A stretch of 61,911 bases of DNA, filler included, from Nitrospirae bacterium MYbin3 (GTDB taxonomy: Bacteria; Nitrospirota; Thermodesulfovibrionia; Thermodesulfovibrionales; Dissulfurispiraceae), in assembly GCA_002753335.1 (NCBI GenBank). It is 5 parts of 5 records of this genome, joined end to end, with 100 filler letters (N's around TTAATTAATTAA, not from the genome) between each part and the next. Parts side by side here need not be neighbours in the genome. Positions count along the whole stretch, not along the records: positions 51,053 to 61,911 come from PEAD01000045.1; 4 more parts are not named here. One strand, 5' to 3'. Below are positions 60,461 to 61,911 of the stretch, in pieces. Below the pieces are notes generated by a model. That model was not told the origin of the DNA and searched no databases. It saw nothing but the letters and a program-made list of their open reading frames with translations. How positions within the stretch are numbered: position 1 is the first letter of the stretch; each line of letters starts with the position of its first letter. The position numbers and the translations under genes are program-made.

Positions 60461-61702
60461 ATGGCCACTACATTACGCCGAATAAGCGATGAGCCTCACA
60501 TACAGGTGCCCAAAGACAAGCTTATCGAGGGAACGCGCCTGACCTTCAACGTGTTTATCAAGGACGGCTCGATGCTGGTGCCGTTTTTCAACAACGGCAT
60601 GGTCTTTACCCGCTTTGCAACACAGGTGCTGAATGAAAGAAAGATAGCTGATGTTTTTGTTTCGCCAGATGAACGTGAAGCTCTACAATCATATCTTTCC
60701 CAGAACAGGGACAAAAAGACTTCGGAATATGAAGAGCTGAAGGTCTTTAAAGAGTACACTCATTTTAAAGAGCAAGTTTACCAGGTTGACCGCGCCCTGC
60801 TTGTTTCGGGCACTGACATTAATTTTGGTTTGTACCTTCTCAACCGGTTCAGTCTTGTTCCGATAGTTGAAGCTACTGAGTCTGCGCCGGCTAAGATACC
60901 GGATAAGATAATAGAGGCGCATGGAGACATCGTAATAAAAAAACAGGACCTGCCGCTTTATAACGAATACCTGAAACACTTTAAGATACCTGACGGGTTG
61001 CCTGATGTAGAAAAATCCAAGATAAAAGCGATTTCGATAAAAGAAAACTCAAAGGTCTTGATGAAGGATTTATTGGACGATCCCCGGAGCGGTGAGAAGA
61101 TGAAGCAGTCGGCGGCGGTCGTAAACAGCATGGTTGATACTATGCTTGAGAACCCCGAAGCTATTTATAATCTGCTTTCTTTGAGAAGCTATGACTATTA
61201 CACCTATACCCATTGCGTGAACGTGGCGGTTATGTCTGTAGGGCTTGCCAACGGTATCGGCATGAAGCGGAGCGAGGTCGAGAAGCTTGGCGTGGGCGCC
61301 ATGCTCCATGATGTCGGGAAAAGCGCCATCCCCCATGACATACTAAACAAGCAGGGCAAGCTTACCGAGCAGGAGTACAGGATAATTCAGTCGCATGTTA
61401 TAGAGGGCGAGAAATTGTTGAAGGGCCATCCTGTCTTCCCTCAGGAGGCGATGCCCGCTGTTACGCAGCATCATGAAAAACTCACAGGAAGGGGATATCC
61501 CAACAGGCTCAAGGGCAGCGAACTGCATATCTACGGCAGGATCAGTTCGATAGCTGACTGCTACGATGCCTTGACAACCAGAAGGCCTTACAAGCAAGCG
61601 TTTACGCCTTTCTATGCGCTTTCACTGATCGCTAAAGAGACGGGAGACTATGATCCTGAGCTGCTCAAGGTTTTCATCAGGATGCTCGGCAAGATAAAGT
61701 AA
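60461..61702 (+). CDS. HD-GYP domain protein (c-di-GMP phosphodiesterase)
   Basis: YTYTHCVNV, LHDVGK, HHEKLTGRGYP and ADCYDALTTRRPYK motifs. Confidence 0.92.
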   Translation: MATTLRRISDEPHIQVPKDKLIEGTRLTFNVFIKDGSMLVPFFNNGMVFTRFATQVLNERKIADVFVSPDEREALQSYLSQNRDKKTSEYEELKVFKEYTHFKEQVYQVDRALLVSGTDINFGLYLLNRFSLVPIVEATESAPAKIPDKIIEAHGDIVIKKQDLPLYNEYLKHFKIPDGLPDVEKSKIKAISIKENSKVLMKDLLDDPRSGEKMKQSAAVVNSMVDTMLENPEAIYNLLSLRSYDYYTYTHCVNVAVMSVGLANGIGMKRSEVEKLGVGAMLHDVGKSAIPHDILNKQGKLTEQEYRIIQSHVIEGEKLLKGHPVFPQEAMPAVTQHHEKLTGRGYPNRLKGSELHIYGRISSIADCYDALTTRRPYKQAFTPFYALSLIAKETGDYDPELLKVFIRMLGKIK

Positions 61703-61911
61703 TGGATCTTTTCGGCGAAGATCCTGCATTGTCCGAAACCCGAAAGCCCGACTCTGCCTCTCCCCTAGCTTTTCGCATGTTCCCCCGCAGCATAGAAGAG
61801 TATGTGGGGCAGGAGCATATTTTGGGTGAAGGCAAGCTTTTGAGAAGGGCGATAGAGGCCGACAGGATATCGTCGCTTATATTTTACGGCCCTCCCGGCA
61901 CAGGAAAATAT
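61702..61911 (+). CDS. rarA: Replication-associated recombination protein A, 3'-partial
   Basis: PLAFRMFPRSIEEYVGQEHILGEGKLLRRAIEADRISSLIFYGPPGTGK; runs off the window end. Confidence 0.9.
   Translation, partial: MDLFGEDPALSETRKPDSASPLAFRMFPRSIEEYVGQEHILGEGKLLRRAIEADRISSLIFYGPPGTGKY

Overview
The window is five contigs joined by 100-nt N spacers that each contain TTAATTAATTAA (13916-14015, 27427-27526, 39563-39662, 50953-51052), so adjacency across a spacer is not evidence of linkage. Gene content suggests an anaerobic bacterium, possibly Nitrospirota/Thermodesulfovibrionia (inference only). Contig 1 carries hdrA-mvhD-metV-metF (putative electron-bifurcating methylene-THF reductase); its MvhD has an in-frame UGA plus a SECIS-like hairpin that the ORF track splits. 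It also carries pilC, pilR/pilS, a sigma54 promoter, three tandem Cys-rich type IVa pilin genes (the third has a nonsense codon) and, directly downstream, an STT3/PglB-type oligosaccharyltransferase, a GT2 and TMTC-like GT-C genes. Contig 2 has a large serine recombinase, a resolvase domain lacking the canonical Ser, flanking arrays of a CGACA/TGTCG motif, and a >2380-aa teneurin-like YD/RHS protein. Contig 3 has Tn7-like tnsB/tnsC without tniQ, an IS21 element and a filamentous (inovirus-like) prophage cut by an IS3. Contig 4 overlaps contig 2 by 120 bp and supplies the RHS tip, paired immunity-like genes, a frameshifted orphan RHS module, a TPR protein, a restriction-modification pair and an IS3. 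Contig 5 is housekeeping: murI, rph, ftsH, folP, an AAA ATPase, a motor-degenerate priA, EamA, an orphan motB, HD-GYP and rarA. No rRNA, tRNA or CRISPR array was seen. The best candidates for an undescribed system are the pilin-linked STT3 glycosylation/variation locus, the teneurin-like toxin locus and the recombinase/motif-array module.
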